64,000 nt of DNA from Sphaerodactylus townsendi (GCF_021028975.2 NC_059430.1:104904001-104968000), one strand, 5' to 3'; counted from the first letter of the stretch, positions 12,902 through 26,563 are shown. A program made the numbers and translations. The notes: generated from the letters alone by a model not told the origin.

Positions 12902-15900
12902 GTAAGTCTGTCTGTGCGCAAAAGTATAATCCTGAAAATTAACTGCATGATAAGCAAATGCTGAATCCCAGGCAGCATAGAGAAATATCCTGTGTGATTA
13001 AATGAAGTCCTTCTGGGCAAGAGAGAGCTATGGGAAATCATGGTGAGTTGTTTATGGTTTGGCATGACTTTTCTCTTAGAAAAAACAATTTGATTCTATT
13101 TCTTTTGTCATTCTGTATTGTTTTACATTAGTTTCACTAGGGAGCGGTCATTGTGAGCTAAACGTTTTTTGCTTCAAACTCAGAAAGGAATTTTTAAAAA
13201 TATGGGGATTCATTAAAAACCAAAAACTTTTTTTTTCCATTTCAGCAACGGAATGCAAACCTCTGCAGAGGTTTATCATGTTTGGGGACACCTACCATGC
13301 CACAGGTAATACCTGGTACCCGTTTAGGTTCATTTGATTGTTTCGTGATGTGTGTCTCTGAGATGCATCAGGATTTTGTGATGTGGGGATAGGAGGAAAG
13401 GCTGTTGTGCAACTCAGAACTTCTAAAATCTCAACAGATATCCTTCTCAGGGGGGAGGGGCAGGATATTCCAAGTTTTCAACCAATCAGGAAGAAATGCT
13501 TCAAATAATGTCCCACTAGAGGGAGGGTTGGCTGTGGATAAAGCCTGTTTCTACCAACTATAAGGACTAATGTTTATACTGTAAGGCTCAGACCCATAAC
13601 ACCTGAGCAGGGTCTTTCCAGATGATTGAGAAGGGGACGATTTCTGTATTGCTGAAAGCCCACAATGTGATCAAGTGCAGCAGTTTGGCTAAGTAAGCAA
13701 ACTACTATCTGGAAGACCACAGATGTAAACTTCATGCTCTGCCTTTGTGCACATGAAAACAGCCCATGCACTTTGTGGCAAGATTTCCAGAGTTCGCAGC
13801 GACCTCTGTTCCAGCACTGACCAGTTCTATCCATCTCGCTTCCTTCAGGGATTCTCAAACTGCCTTATGCCAAAATACAGGAGCCCTTTGAGGCCTGGTT
13901 CAATGCAGCAGAAGGAAACAGCCGGATCCAGTATTATCATGGTATGCAGAGTGATCTGGAAATAGCTTAATAAAAAAACAAGCATTCATCGCTCATTCCC
14001 TCAGACTTCAGAACTCTGTCTTTGTCCACATGTACGTCTAGCGTGGCTGTTACATAGCTGATTATACACTGCTGTTCTGCCCCGCAGTGAGGGAACAGTT
14101 CCTTCAAGGCAGAGATTTCTGTACTAATGCACTCTATATTATGGTGCCACAGATCCTGAAAGCTCCACAGTTAGTAAGAGCGGGGAAACTGCAATGCTTC
14201 CCCTCATTTTGGGATTTCCACTCTGTCTGGTCTCCCCCCCCCCCCCACTCCTTACAGGCATTTCTGGGGGGTCTACAAAGGCTTTTGCAACAAGTGCAAA
14301 AATATCTATTTAACACAGAAATATCAATATATCATAGCAATATCAATCTAACATTTTTAAGGGCTTTACAGTCGCCAGTCTTGCGACAACTGGGAGCAAC
14401 CCGGAAGTGGGGACAGGCAAGCTGCACAGCAGGCAGTGGGGCTTCTCCTCGCATGTAAACAAAGAATGCGAGGAGACTCCATTACAACCCCCCTGCACAG
14501 CAAAGAGCCCCAAATAAAAACACTCCAAGCATAATGGGCCAAGATGTTCCCTTCAGTTTCTACACAGGATAAACACGCATTAGTGCAGGGGGAAAAATGG
14601 GTGTGGGAAGCAATTTCAAGCAGAAAAACAGTGAGGAAAGTATCAAGCTACCCTCCCCTGCTACTTCTAACAATAGCTTCTTCCCCAAACTTTTCATTTT
14701 TAAAAAAGGGAGCAAGGGAAGATGTTCCTGTCTATAACAACCTTATCCTGCCTTTCCCCTATGATTTTCCCTCCCCTTGCTTTCACCTCACTACAGTCCT
14801 GTGAGGTAGATTAGCTTGGGCAATAAGCTGCATTGTGAGTGAGGATTTGAGTTTATGTAGCCCCAACTTCCCGGGGGTGGCTGAAGATCCCCCAAAGTTA
14901 CAGCTAATCTCCAGACTATAAAGAGGTGTTCCCCTTGAAAAAATGGCTGCCTTAGGTGAATTTAGTGGTCTCATACCCTACTCTCTCAGGTTCCCCCCTC
15001 CAAACGTCCAGACCACACTCGCTTTCAACCAAAAAATATGCTAATAGCCTCATACATTCACTCCCCGCATTTCTCTCCAATAGGGACCCAAAGAGGCTTA
15101 CAACATTGTCCTCCTATTTTCCTCACACCAACCTTGTGAGGTAGGTTAGGCTGGGAGAGAGAGAGGTGCTGCCATAAGTTATGTGGCCTTATAAATAAAT
15201 CTCAGTATCCACCTTCATGAGACAAGGTGGGCTGGAATTGCTCATCAAATAAGAAATGGGTGTATTTTCTGAGGCAATTAAATCACCCACGTTTCTCTTC
15301 TTGTGTCAGGCCAGGTGATCACTTACCAGTGTGGCTCACTGAAACCTTTTGGGGTCAGCTTCAAGATTACCCCAGAAACCACAGAAACCAGCCTGAATAT
15401 CAGGAAATGTTTCCAGGTCAATGGCACATCTAAGTTTCCTATTAGGCCTCAAAATGTCTTCCCTGTCCTGACTGAGTTCCAGGTGAGTACCTCAGGATCC
15501 TCCTGTATGGTAGTGATGGAGATTCTTGGAGCCTCCATTCCATCACCTGACTAATGATCCAGAACACTTACATAAAAGACCACTTCTTCCTATAAGTCTC
15601 TGGGTGACGGTTGCAGACCTACCTGCCTAGGGTAGTCCAGCTGGTATCAACTATGCTTATACACTTAGCTCTGGTTCACCATTTGGATTGTTTTATTCTT
15701 CTTTAGTTGGTTACTGGATGTTTTATATTTAGTATCGGTGTTATTTGTATGTTTATATGATTGTCGTATACCTCCCTGACCCCAGAAGGGGAGGGGCAGC
15801 CTATCAAATCTAATAAATAAAATATACTGTAGCCCGTGTCTTTTCTGTTGCAGCTCCTACTTATGGAACGGTTACTTGAGGTGGTTGGGGAGGGTGCCAT

Positions 15901-18900
15901 CTCTAGAAATATTAATTAGGCTCTGGAGGGCATTTTCTTTCCCAGGGCTTTTAATGGAGGTATATGTTGGGAGGGAGGGATTATTTTGGGTTCTGTTTTA
16001 TTTTGTATGTTTTAAATGGTGACTTATTAGCTGCCTTGGGCCCTGAGCAAAAGTGGAGTATAAATATTAAAATAAATAAACACTGCATTCTCCTCCTGTT
16101 CTTTCCCACTGCTGATTCCAGGCTATACGTCAGGAAACCTACAACGGAAGGAACTGCACAGTTCTGGAGAGTGTGTCGCACTGGGGCAAGAGAAAAAACA
16201 TCTATACATTATGGGTGGCAAATACTCCCACTGGGCTTGTGCCTGTGCATTATGAGATGTCAGGATATAACACGCTCTTGGGCTCTCATTATGACAAGTA
16301 TGAGATTGACTACATCAGCTTTTCCCAGATCTTCCCATCCAATGTCTTCGATCTCCCTCACGGTATGTGCAGAACAATACCGTTCTCTTGGTGCTGGCTG
16401 CCACATTGACTCATCCTGTGTTGCTCTCAAAGGGAGGTTTTTGCTTTGGGATATTTTTTTTAGCACCCCTACTGCATGTTCCCTTAAGGACCTACTAGGC
16501 AGAATTCTCTTGCTTCACTTTGATCTTTCCAAAACCTGGTTTTATACAGTCTTTTTGGAAAAGATCACAGTCTGAGCATATCTGCATACTGTACGAATGG
16601 GAAGGTATGCACTGGAGTCAGTTCTCTTCAGCTGCCCCTCCCCCCATCTGAAGGCTTTAAAATCAGTAATTGCTGTAGTGCTGTAGCATTATAACATAGC
16701 AATTGTTTTCAAAGCCATCCAGTGTCATGGGGTGGCTTTGGGGGCTGAGGCAAGGAATCTCCATGGAGAAGTAGTGGGTGGATACTCTTAACACTGCAAA
16801 TTCCTCTTCAATCATAGCAGCCAAGAGAGCTTCACAGAGAATTTCCATCATGTGACTATAGCCCCAGTGATCAGCTATACAAATAGCCTTGTGATTTTGA
16901 TGTTTAACACCTATGTTAATGTTTCCAGCAGCCACTCCCCAGTTAAACCCAAAGCAGCAGACATTTATTTTTTAGAAAATGTAAATGACTCCTCTCCAGC
17001 AACCTGCCCAAGGCAGCTAAGCTAACAATAACAAAGTGAAAACAAGTTGATGTCAGAATGAAGCAACAAAATAATTTAAAATGCAAAGTTCCAACAACAT
17101 CAGCTGTTTAAAAATAGTAATAGAACTCAACACTGATTAAAAGCAATATCAGCATTATCATAAAATATTAGTCAGATAGAAAACGGACTATAAAAACAGA
17201 TGCAGGGAAAACCCAGAAGTGATGTCACACCTCTCCAGGTGTTATCATATAGTTTCTGGTGATTCCTAGAGAAATGTGACATGACTTCCAGGGTTTTCAT
17301 GGGTAGCTGCCCCCATCTCCTTACCCCCCCCCTTCCTCAGTTGGGTTGCCAGGCCACAGTCACTATCATACCTATTGATTGGTTTTCTGCCACCCACTTG
17401 GTTCTTTTCCAAAGCAAACAGTCAGTGATGGCTTCCCTCCTTTGGAACAGAAGCTGCTTTAGAAGGTCTTCAGGGGGCACCCATTTGAAAACAACAATCT
17501 CCAGTGCAGAAGGGTGCTTGGCTGTGATTAGTCCCAACACACATGGCAGCCATTTTGTCATTGGCCTCATCCCCAGAGGGGTCATTCTATTGCCATGCCC
17601 ACCGCCTCTTCTGAAAATTTCCAAAGTTCCCACAGATTCTGTGACTCAAAAGTTCTTGTTTCCCTTACTTAGTTACACTCCTACCTTTTTTTTCCATCCT
17701 GGAACCGAGAACTGCTTTCAAGGGTTCCTAAGAGGACTCCTCTCATCTAGGTGTAGGCCGGAAGTAGACATACTTCACTTCTACAAAGTTTCACATCATG
17801 GGCCTCCAGACCACAGACCAGTACCTCATGTCAAATTTCTCCCCAGGGCATGGCAATCCAAAGGGAACTTCAGAATACAGATCCAGTCACATCTTCTTTT
17901 CTCTCACAGACATCAAATGTGAAAACTGGCCCAAGCTGACACTTGAACACCAGATCATGGCCAATCCCATGCAGGAATTTGTTGGGACTACGGGAGAGAT
18001 AAGCAGACACCATGATCATCTCTTTCAGTGCTACAAGGAGAAATTCAGGAAGACCTACAAGACCGAGAAGGACATGGAGCACCGGAAACACAACTTCATA
18101 CATAACATGAGGTACAGGAAGAGTTGGCAGGGATGAAGTACAGCAAGACCCAATTGTGTTAAGTTCAGCCACTCCTCCACACACATCCAAAAAAGTCCAC
18201 AAAACTGGTAAGAATCATGGCAGTAGGTTCCAACATGTGCATCTTTGCTGAGCTCTGTTTTTCCCAGCCATCCCTTTTGTCTTTGGGATTGCTGATTCCC
18301 AAGGTAAAGAACCCACGTGGATACGCAACCATCAGCACAGATAAGATTCCCCCAGCAGCAGAAGTAGCAGGTTCCCTAGAATGTTCAAGTCTGGAAAATA
18401 GACACTAAGGTCATTTCCGCACAGTCAAAATATTCTAATTTGAGCAAGAGAAATATCCCTGTGCAGCCAAGAATTCTGCACAGTTCCCAGTGCCAAAGCG
18501 GGCTTGCCCAGTGTTGCCCTGCAATATTTTCCTTAGCCTGGGATTTTCAAACATCCTGGGATGACCCCACTTCCATGCAAATACCATGGGAGAAGAACCA
18601 GTTTATTTTTCCCACCTCGCAGCTCTGGGTCAACCAATCAAGAGGTGCTGAACTTGCAGTGTACATACACAAGACCCAGGCTTGTGCTGAACAAACTAGA
18701 GTATTACCTCCCAGTCCTAACTCGGCTCCTGGAAAGAAACAGGCAGCCAAGCCGAGGGAGAAACCGGGATAAAATAGACCTAGGTTAAAAATGCTGGTGG
18801 TTCACAGGCATAATTTTGGAAATGGCCTGAGAGGGAAGGTTTAAGTTAATTTTTTCCCGAAGCACTGTGGTCCTGATATGGGTCAGACTTGAGCACACCT

Positions 18901-21900
18901 GGGAATCACAGCTGATCAAAAGGCCTCAAGGTTGCCCAATGACTTTGCAATGTGGAAAATTAGCTTGATTAAATTTGTCTCACTGCCATTTCTGGTCAAA
19001 TGGGTCCTGCAGATTTTACCATGTAAATCTGCAGAACCTGTGAACAAAGCTGATAATGTGATAAGTGCATGTATTATGCTTCCTCAAAGCAGTTTAGAGC
19101 AGTGGATGTGCTTCTCCCTTCTATCATTTATACCCATAACAACTCTTTCAGGTAGGCTAACATGAAAAACAACGTCTGGCTAAAGATCGTCTAGTGAGCT
19201 TTATGACTAAATAGGGACCAAAGTGACTCTCGCAATCATCTTCATGTCTGACAAGTGTAGTTTCTGCAGCCTCCTTTTTGTTTCCTCCCAGGTACATTCA
19301 TTCCAAGAACCGAGCCAACCTGTCCTACAAACTGGCTGTGAATCACTTGGCTGATCGTACCGCAGAGGAGCTGGTAGTGCTGAGAGGAAGGTTAAAAACC
19401 AGGGGTCCCAGTAACAGGTGGTCTTTCCCATCAAAAGGCTATGATAACCTCAGCCTGCCAGACAGCTTGGATTGGAGGCTTTCTGGTAAGCATGTGGACA
19501 CCTCAGATCAGGAGCTCAGCTGGATCCTACATTTCTTCAACAATAAAAAAATACTGTATTGCACAAAAAAGAAAAGCTTGGGCAGGGTTCATATGTGCCA
19601 GGAAACCTGGTTGCAACAGTCGGAGAAGGTAACACATGTAGCATCATTTCAGATAGCTTGTGGAGAGTCATGGAGGGTTATCTTTTGGTACGTGTTGTTG
19701 TTATTATTATTATTTATTAAACTTGATATACCGTCCACCCCCAAAGGGCTCTGGGCGGTGTATAACAGAACAACAACTAAAACAATAGTGAACAATAAAT
19801 AATTAATAAATAATTAAAAATCATAACTCAACTCAATATAAGATAGCAGCATTCCAAACCCAATAAAAATGATACTGATGATGGCGCCTGATCCCAAGGC
19901 CAGGCAGGGACAGACAATACCGAAAAAATGTCACATTGGTAATGCCAATGATGGTACGGCACACAACACGGGGGCATCCAATCCGCGGCTGGCCTCCCCA
20001 AAAGCCAGCCAGAAACAAGCCAGTATGCACAAAGCAAAGAAAAGAATTAGCCTTTTTTCCCCTTCTGCCATGCTAATTTTCGGTTGCATTGAGTTTTTCT
20101 TTGTCTGTGTGAGGGTGAGATCCATCACTTGCAGTTTTAAAACCCCTACTCTTGTAGTTCTGCCATGGTATTCCTTTGCATGCGTACACTAAACAGGAAG
20201 GCCAGTTCACTTGGATAAAAATGTCCTGCCTGGGCAACTGATTTGGTTTAATTTGTAGAAAAGGGCAGCTGAAGCTTTTCATAGCATGGAGATAAGATGT
20301 ATCGTCTAGTAAACAATATTCCATTGAGCCATGATTAAAGGGACAGGACATTTGTCTGTTACGTTTGCATGTTAGCTTACAAATAAGATGCCTCTGGCTC
20401 TTTAACGTCCAAGTTCCTAGTTTGATACAAATATATAATTTTGCTCCTGTGATCATTTGCACAGTTGGTGAACTGCATTGCTGAATGCTTTTAAAAATTT
20501 GATTGTGACACTGGCGTGTTGACACATTTCCTTACTTCACTCTGGTCACCAATGAAGGTGCTGTGACCCCTGTCAAGGACCAGGCTGTATGTGGGTCCTG
20601 CTGGAGTTTTGCTGCCACTGGTACACTGGAGGGGGCACTCTTCCTGAAGGTGAGTGCCCAGGGGCTTGAAAGCAAAAAGAGCCATTTAGACACCAGAGCA
20701 CTTATCAGAAATTGTAGTATTACGTGTTTTCAGGGGGAGGGGTGAACATTTTCAAGCCAACTTCTTACAGGGAAGCTGGTGAACATGTTCCCTTCAGACA
20801 GCACACAGGGGACCAGTCTAGTGGTCTGTCAAATCCAGTATCCACTTTCTGTGGAAGACACATAAGTCAGAGACAGAGAGGCTAAACCTATATAGTTTGG
20901 CCTATAGTTGGTCCTATAGTTACCCCCTAGCAATTAGCATTCATAGCTACACTACCCTCAAGCATGGGGGTTCCAGTTAGTCTTTATGGCTAATCACAAG
21001 TTGCAGATGTTTTCTCTACAAACCTCTTTTAAAGCCATATTACGCAAGCAGCCAACCTGGCACACTGTAGCAGTGAGTTCCACATAAGGTTGCAAATTCT
21101 AGGTTGTGAAATTCCAGAGATATTGTGTGTGGGGGGAGTGAGGCTGGGAAGAGGAGAGGTCTTGGTATAATGTCATAGAGTTCACCTTCCAACCAGTAAT
21201 TTTCTCCAGGGTAACTGATCTCTGTAGTCTATAGATCCGTGGTGGCGAACCTTTGGCACTCCAGATGTCATGGACTACAATTCCCATCAGCCCCTGCCAG
21301 CATGGCCAATTGGCTATGCTGGCAGGGGCTGATGGGAATTGTAGTCCATAACATCTGGAGTGCCAATGGTTCGCCGTCACTGCTATAGATCAATTGAAAT
21401 GCCAAAAGTCTCCAGAGGTTGGCAACTGTTCTTCCACATTTCATTGTGCATTGTGGTGAAAAAAATTTTGGGGGATCTGAAATGATCAACTGCATTTTTC
21501 TATGTAACTTCCAAGTTAAGACAAGCACTTGTGTCCTGATGTGACATCTAGTTTGAGCCTGAGTTACAGCATTATGGATGAAAGAGAAATATGGATGTGT
21601 GCGTATACATCCATGTTAGACATAACTTTATAGAACATCCCCCACCCACAGCTCTCTTTTTTTTACACTGAAAAACCACATACCCTGGCCTATACATTTG
21701 GAAACGAGGCTCTAACCCCACTCCCAACCCCCACCCCCATGGGGGGCTACACAGTGGAATCCTTCCTTGCCAAAAATATCTCTGCACATACAAAACTAAC
21801 AAGGCAAAGAAAAGACTATAAGTTCCTGGAGTGGTCTCTATTTTTCACTCTACAAAGGAGCTTTTCACTTCCAATCCTGCCTCTATTCACACACACCCTG

Positions 21901-24099
21901 GGGACCTTTATACACAATTAGCTGCAAGGTTTGTGGGATTGTTCCTAAATGTACAATATCAACAATTAAGAAGCCATTCCTGGGGATTTGTCCAATGAAC
22001 CATGATGGTTTGAGTGCTTTCCCAATTAAAGGAATCTTCTTTTCTCCCTTTCCCTCAGACTGGAGTGTTGACTCCGTTGTCTCAGCAAGCTTTAATTGAC
22101 TGTTCCTGGGGCTTTGGAAACCATGCTTGTGATGGTGGGCAAGAGTGGCATGCATACGAGTGGGTTATGAGACATGGTGGAATTCCTAGCACGGAATCCT
22201 ACGGGCCTTACATGGGCCAGGTGAGTCCATCTGTGGCTTGATTTGTCTCACATTTTTATCTCACAATTCTCCCCTCCCTTGTTTTGCAATGACCCTGTGA
22301 GGTAGGTGAGTGTCAGTGTGTGCTTAATATCTGGGGGCTCTCTGGGTTACTGAATCTCCCCTTCATGTTCCTTTCCACTGTGCTTGCAATGTAGATAATA
22401 GTGGCATCTCTGGGCCTCTCCCGAAGGGGCGGGTAGCCAGATGGCTCTTTATCTTTCCCCAAGCCTTGGGAAGGGACTTCCGTTTTCCAGCTCTTCTTTT
22501 CCCACTTTTACTTTACGTAGATGGGGGCAGGGGAGGGAGTGATCAACAGAGAGAATAAAGCTACAGGCATTAGGGGGTTGCAAAAGCCAGCAGTTCAGTG
22601 TTCGTTCCAATGAAGATAGAAAGTGACTGGCCGCAGGAATACTCAGTAGGGATGCCAGGTTGCCTTTTCCAGCGAAGTGGAAGACATTATAGAATGGCTT
22701 CTTGTTTTGGGGAATAACCAAATAGACACCTGGAAATATATAGACATACTGGAAATCATAGCTTTAGGTATCTGGAAAACCTGTGGCTTCTCTGCTGTTC
22801 TATTGTGATCCCCCACCCCTTCCAAGCAACCCCTCAATTCTATCTTACACGTGTCATTAGTTTATAAATCAGAATGAATCGTTGAACTGTGGGCTCAAAG
22901 CCAAATCTGCAGTAGCTTTCTCACCTTTTTCTATCATACTTGCTTTTCAGAATGGCTATTGTCACTACAACCAATCAGAGTTGACAGCACAAGTCTCTGG
23001 CTATTTCAGCGTGGACTCTGGAAACACTAACGCCCTGAAGGCTGCGCTCTACAAGCACGGCCCTGTGGCCATAAACATTGATGCCTCCCACAAATCCTTT
23101 GCCTTCTATGCCAGTGGCATCTATTATGAACCGGAGTGTGGTAAGTATGGTTCGGCTCCTGAACTTGAGGCCTCTTTGGTGGCCAGACATTTGAGGGAGG
23201 AGGGGAAGGCTCTATAGGCTTTGACTAACATAGGGAGGCTGGTACCCAATGAAAAGTCTCAGTAAGCTTATCGAAAGGGGACGGGCTTATGGCTCCTTCT
23301 ACACTGGCTCTCCTCCACACACACACAAACACACACACACACGGAACGCAGCATGCCTCTGCATTTGAACTTCTGAGCATGACTTGCAGGGCTTCTTCCT
23401 TTAAACTGGTTCAAAGAGAAACCTTTTCATCTGATTCAAAGGGGGACGTGGTGGGCTACAAGTAGAGTATCCATGTGAACTTCCACCAACAGCCAGCCTA
23501 TGGAAAGATATTTTATTGACTCTACGTCTGATAATATACCAGGGATGGATGGAACAGGATTATTGTGCTTTACGTATGACACTTGCTTCTCCTTCATAAG
23601 GGCTCAAACATTATGTTTTCTTTCATAATCACTTTCCAATAAGAGAATGGTACAGAGGAAGTAGAGCTCTTTTTATCCCTTCCTTACCTGCCATCTTCCT
23701 GCTTTATTTAGTAGAGAAAAGGCAAGGGAGGACAGAGTTAAAAACCCATTTTCCCTGCCCTTCCCCTCCAGAAAGAACTCATGAAAGCTGACTCTTTCAA
23801 TGAAGAAAACGTGTCTTTTGAGCATAAGATGGGTGCAATAATAGGCCAAGCTGTTCTCAAAGGTAACTGGCAGAGAGTAGTGAATTGCCACTTTTCCATT
23901 CTTCCTTCCAGGAAACCAGACCATAGAGCTGGATCATGCAGTCCTGGCTGTGGGCTACGGGATTCTCCGGGAGCAGAGCTACTGGCTTATCAAGAACTCA
24001 TGGTCCACCTACTGGGGAAATGATGGCTACATTCTTATGGCCATGAAGGAGAACAACTGTGGGGTAGCAACTGCTGCCACCTACCCGGTCCTGGCCTGA
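12862..24099 (+). CDS. Cathepsin-L-like cysteine protease, 26/29-kDa proteinase / CfaD / digestive cysteine proteinase-like; 11 exons, 544 aa
   Basis: Exons 12862-12901, 13246-13305, 13849-13941, 15310-15482, 16122-16362, 17910-18111, 19292-19485, 20558-20649, 22059-22220, 22951-23140, 23912-24099. All introns are GT-AG and phase-compatible, totalling 1635 nt. Contains a signal peptide, an N-terminal extension, an I29 propeptide, [10 protein letters not shown] (Cys), [11 protein letters not shown] (His) and KNSW (Asn). Confidence 0.92.
13246..13305 (+). CDS. Cysteine protease exon 2 ([21 protein letters not shown])
   Basis: Polypyrimidine TTTCAG acceptor, CAG|GTAAT donor. Confidence 0.8.
13849..13941 (+). 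CDS. Cysteine protease exon 3 ([17 protein letters not shown]...SRIQYYHG)
   Basis: Conserved LPYA-I-EPF-AW and SRI-YY motifs, canonical splice sites. Confidence 0.9.
15310..15482 (+). CDS. Cysteine protease exon 4 (QVITYQ...KITPETTET...CFQVNG...QNVFP)
   Basis: Canonical splice sites, family motifs. Confidence 0.9.
16122..16362 (+). CDS. Cysteine protease exon 5 (...KNIYTLWV...[24 protein letters not shown]...)
   Basis: [11 protein letters not shown] is a hallmark of 26/29-kDa proteinases. Canonical splice sites. Confidence 0.92.
17910..18111 (+). CDS. Cysteine protease exon 6 (NPMQEF... start of I29 propeptide)
   Basis: ERFNIN-like [12 protein letters not shown], canonical splice sites. 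Confidence 0.9.
18409..18827. mobile_element. PIF/Harbinger-like MITE
   Basis: Termini GGTCATTTCC...GGAAATGGCC, flanked by TAA/TGA 3-mers. Confidence 0.5.
19292..19485 (+). CDS. Cysteine protease exon 7 (YIHSKNRA...VNHLAD...LPDSLDWR)
   Basis: GNFD-like motif and mature N-terminus LPxxxDWR. Confidence 0.92.
20558..20649 (+). CDS. Cysteine protease exon 8 ([17 protein letters not shown], catalytic Cys)
   Basis: Papain active-site motif, canonical splice sites. Confidence 0.95.
21237..21382. mobile_element. Palindromic hAT MITE (146 bp)
   Basis: The whole element is a near-perfect hairpin. 8-bp TSD CTATAGAT (21229-21236, 21383-21390). Confidence 0.85.
22059..22220 (+). CDS. Cysteine protease exon 9 ([21 protein letters not shown])
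   Basis: Papain family motif, canonical splice sites. Confidence 0.95.
22951..23140 (+). CDS. Cysteine protease exon 10 ([22 protein letters not shown])
   Basis: Papain family motif, canonical splice sites. Confidence 0.95.
23912..24099 (+). CDS. Cysteine protease exon 11 ([11 protein letters not shown]...[13 protein letters not shown]...stop)
   Basis: Catalytic His and Asn motifs, TGA at 24097-24099. This frame is not in the ORF track. Confidence 0.95.
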
Positions 24100-26269
24100 A
24101 AGTCATCAGGAACATGGCAAACTAATCAATATACAACTGGCCTGTTAACTTTGCAGGTGACAATTGAACAGGATTGTATTAGACCCCAACACCTCAACAT
24201 GGGGCTTAATGCAAATAATGGGGGTAACTCCTTGCGAGGGAAAAAAGCAACATCATTCATGGATCAGATTTGCAGGATCCAGTCTAAAGTATCCTGTGGA
24301 ATGAATGTATTGCAACTTGGTTTAGATCTTGTATCTTCATGGTTTGACACCTTTACCCATTTAATAATGGGTTTGGTGCCATACTGAACAATTTTCTTTG
24401 TATCATAGTGTAATCACTCTGTTTTCAAATACCTGAGGAATCCTGCTGGATTGCATCAATGGTTCATCTAGTCCAGAGAAGTGAACATTCCCTAGTATCT
24501 GCATTGGGATCAGTGTATAACTTCCTCCTACGTGACCTGGAATAAGAGAATAACATCAGAACAGCCTTGTGATACCAGACCAATGAACCATTTAGTTCAC
24601 CATCATGCTTCCCACCATCGATAATCAGATGCTCTGGAAGGCTCATAACCAAGCAGGCAAAAAGCCCAAATCTCCCTCTGCTATTGCCTCCTGAGCAAAT
24701 GGAAGTCAAAAGTATGCTGCCTTTGAACACAGAAGTTCCATTTTGCCCAACATAGCTCATAGTCCTCTCTTTTAAAGCTAATGAAATCCATAAGTTATTT
24801 GGTCATGTTTAACACATACATCCTTTCCTGGAGGTTGAGGAGCAGAAGTCAGAGGGAAGAATGCACTAAATCACATAAATTATCATTCCTATGTCATAGA
24901 AGGAGATGGTATTCACTTTGTTGTGGAGAAAGGAACAAAGATTGGTTGCACCCAGGGACCAGAAAATTTTCAAAGGTGGGTGATCTAAATTGTTAAGGAG
25001 TTGGGCACCCATTCCAGCTAACTTTTCTGTGTTTTCCTGCTGTGGCTGATTTATGCAATAAATTATACGAGGAGAGTATCTGCCATAATGTTTCAACGTT
25101 ATTTTTTTTTTGAAAGCCAGGAAGTTTCAAGTGGCAAATATAAATAGTTTTGTATTCCGTAAACATCTTTATTCCGTATCAATTCTAAGTGGAAAATTCT
25201 GTTTCTGGGATCAGAGCAAATTATGTGCAGAAACAAAATGTACACAGATGAAGGCTATGATTTACATTTCTCATGCCTGACCAGCTAGACTACACATCAT
25301 TCATATATGAAAAGCTGACCCTCAAGTACTAACTAGGTGGAGCCAATTTGCAACTGTTACTTTCCCCCCGCATGTATAATTGGGCACAATCCCCTATGAA
25401 ATTTTACTCTACTGCAGCAGCCAAAGCACTTCTGATTGAGTGTGGTAGAGCTCTGAAATAGGTAGTTTATGAGCTACAAATGTGGCTGCCTTGAGCAATG
25501 TGCCAGCATTTCAGAGGGTTCTAACCACGGCAGCAAAAACAAAGTACCAGATCTGCACTCTCAACAGCTTGGGCTCTTCACAGTTACACAGTGGCCAAGC
25601 AGATGTCTTGAGGGAAAACTTTTCCTTCTTCCAACTCTCCTTATCAAGTAGTATTCAGAAATACACTTTTTCTGAACATTGAGGTATTATTTCACTATGG
25701 CAAGTTTTTTGCCATCAAGTCACAGCTCGCATGGTGATCTTGAAAGGTTTTCAAGGCAAGAGACGCTTGGGGGTAGTTTGCCATTGCTTGCTTCTGCATC
25801 AAATGACCATTAATGACTAATCCACTTTTAAAGCCATCTAAACTAGTGGACATTGTGTCATGTTGCATAAGCTGACTGTGTTAAGAGATACTTTCTTTTT
25901 TATGTCCTGAACTAACTAATAATCTGCACCATCATGGGCTTGTGAGAAAAGTTCTGTCTCTGATTTGGCCACGCTGTGAATAAATGTACAAATCTCTTAT
26001 CTTGTTCGTCTACACTCATTTTTTTTTCCAAAACTGAAAATCCCTAAATTTTCACCTTTTTTTGTAAGGCAAGTGGTCCAACACCTTGATCATTTTGGGT
26101 GTGCTTTTTAACCCACTTCTGCTCATCTCATGCCTGGAACACCCCATGAAACGAGTCACCGTAAGACAGTTGTGACTCTACAGAATGTTCTTTTCTAGTT
26201 CTACCATATTCTTTGGGAGATATTGTGACCAGAAGCATTTGAAATACACCTGCACCAAAGATCTGTATA

Positions 26270-26563
26270 AAGAAGTTTTGATTTATATCCCCCACTTTCT
26301 CTCCTGCAGGAGACTCAAAGGGGCCTACAATCTCCTTGCCCTTCCACCCTCACAACAAACACCCTGTGAAGTGGGTGGGGCTGAGAGATCTCTGAAAAGC
26401 TGTGACTAGCCCAAGGTCACCCAGCTGGAGTGTGTTGGAGTGCACAGGCTAATCTGAATTCCTCAGATAAGCCTCCACAGCTCAGGCAGCAGAGCGGGGA
26501 ATCAAACTCGGTTCCTCCAGATTAGAATGCACCTGCTCTTAACCACTATGCCACTACTGCTCC
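26270..26563 (-). mobile_element. tRNA-derived SINE, Squam3-type
   Basis: Highly similar to the copies at ~8050 and ~50305. Confidence 0.75.

Noticed and set aside
13030-13042. Alternative first coding exon ATGGGAAATCATG|GTGAGT of the protease
   Set aside because: It is phase-compatible but lacks a signal peptide, so 12862-12901 fits better. It cannot be excluded as a minor isoform.
15964-16575. 203-aa ORF
   Set aside because: It overlaps protease exon 5 in a different frame and has no recognisable motif.
17281-17922. 213-aa ORF
   Set aside because: Intronic and repeat-derived, with no recognisable domain.
23781-24023. 80-aa ORF over the last protease exon
   Set aside because: Wrong frame. 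The real exon (23912-24099) reads [11 protein letters not shown].
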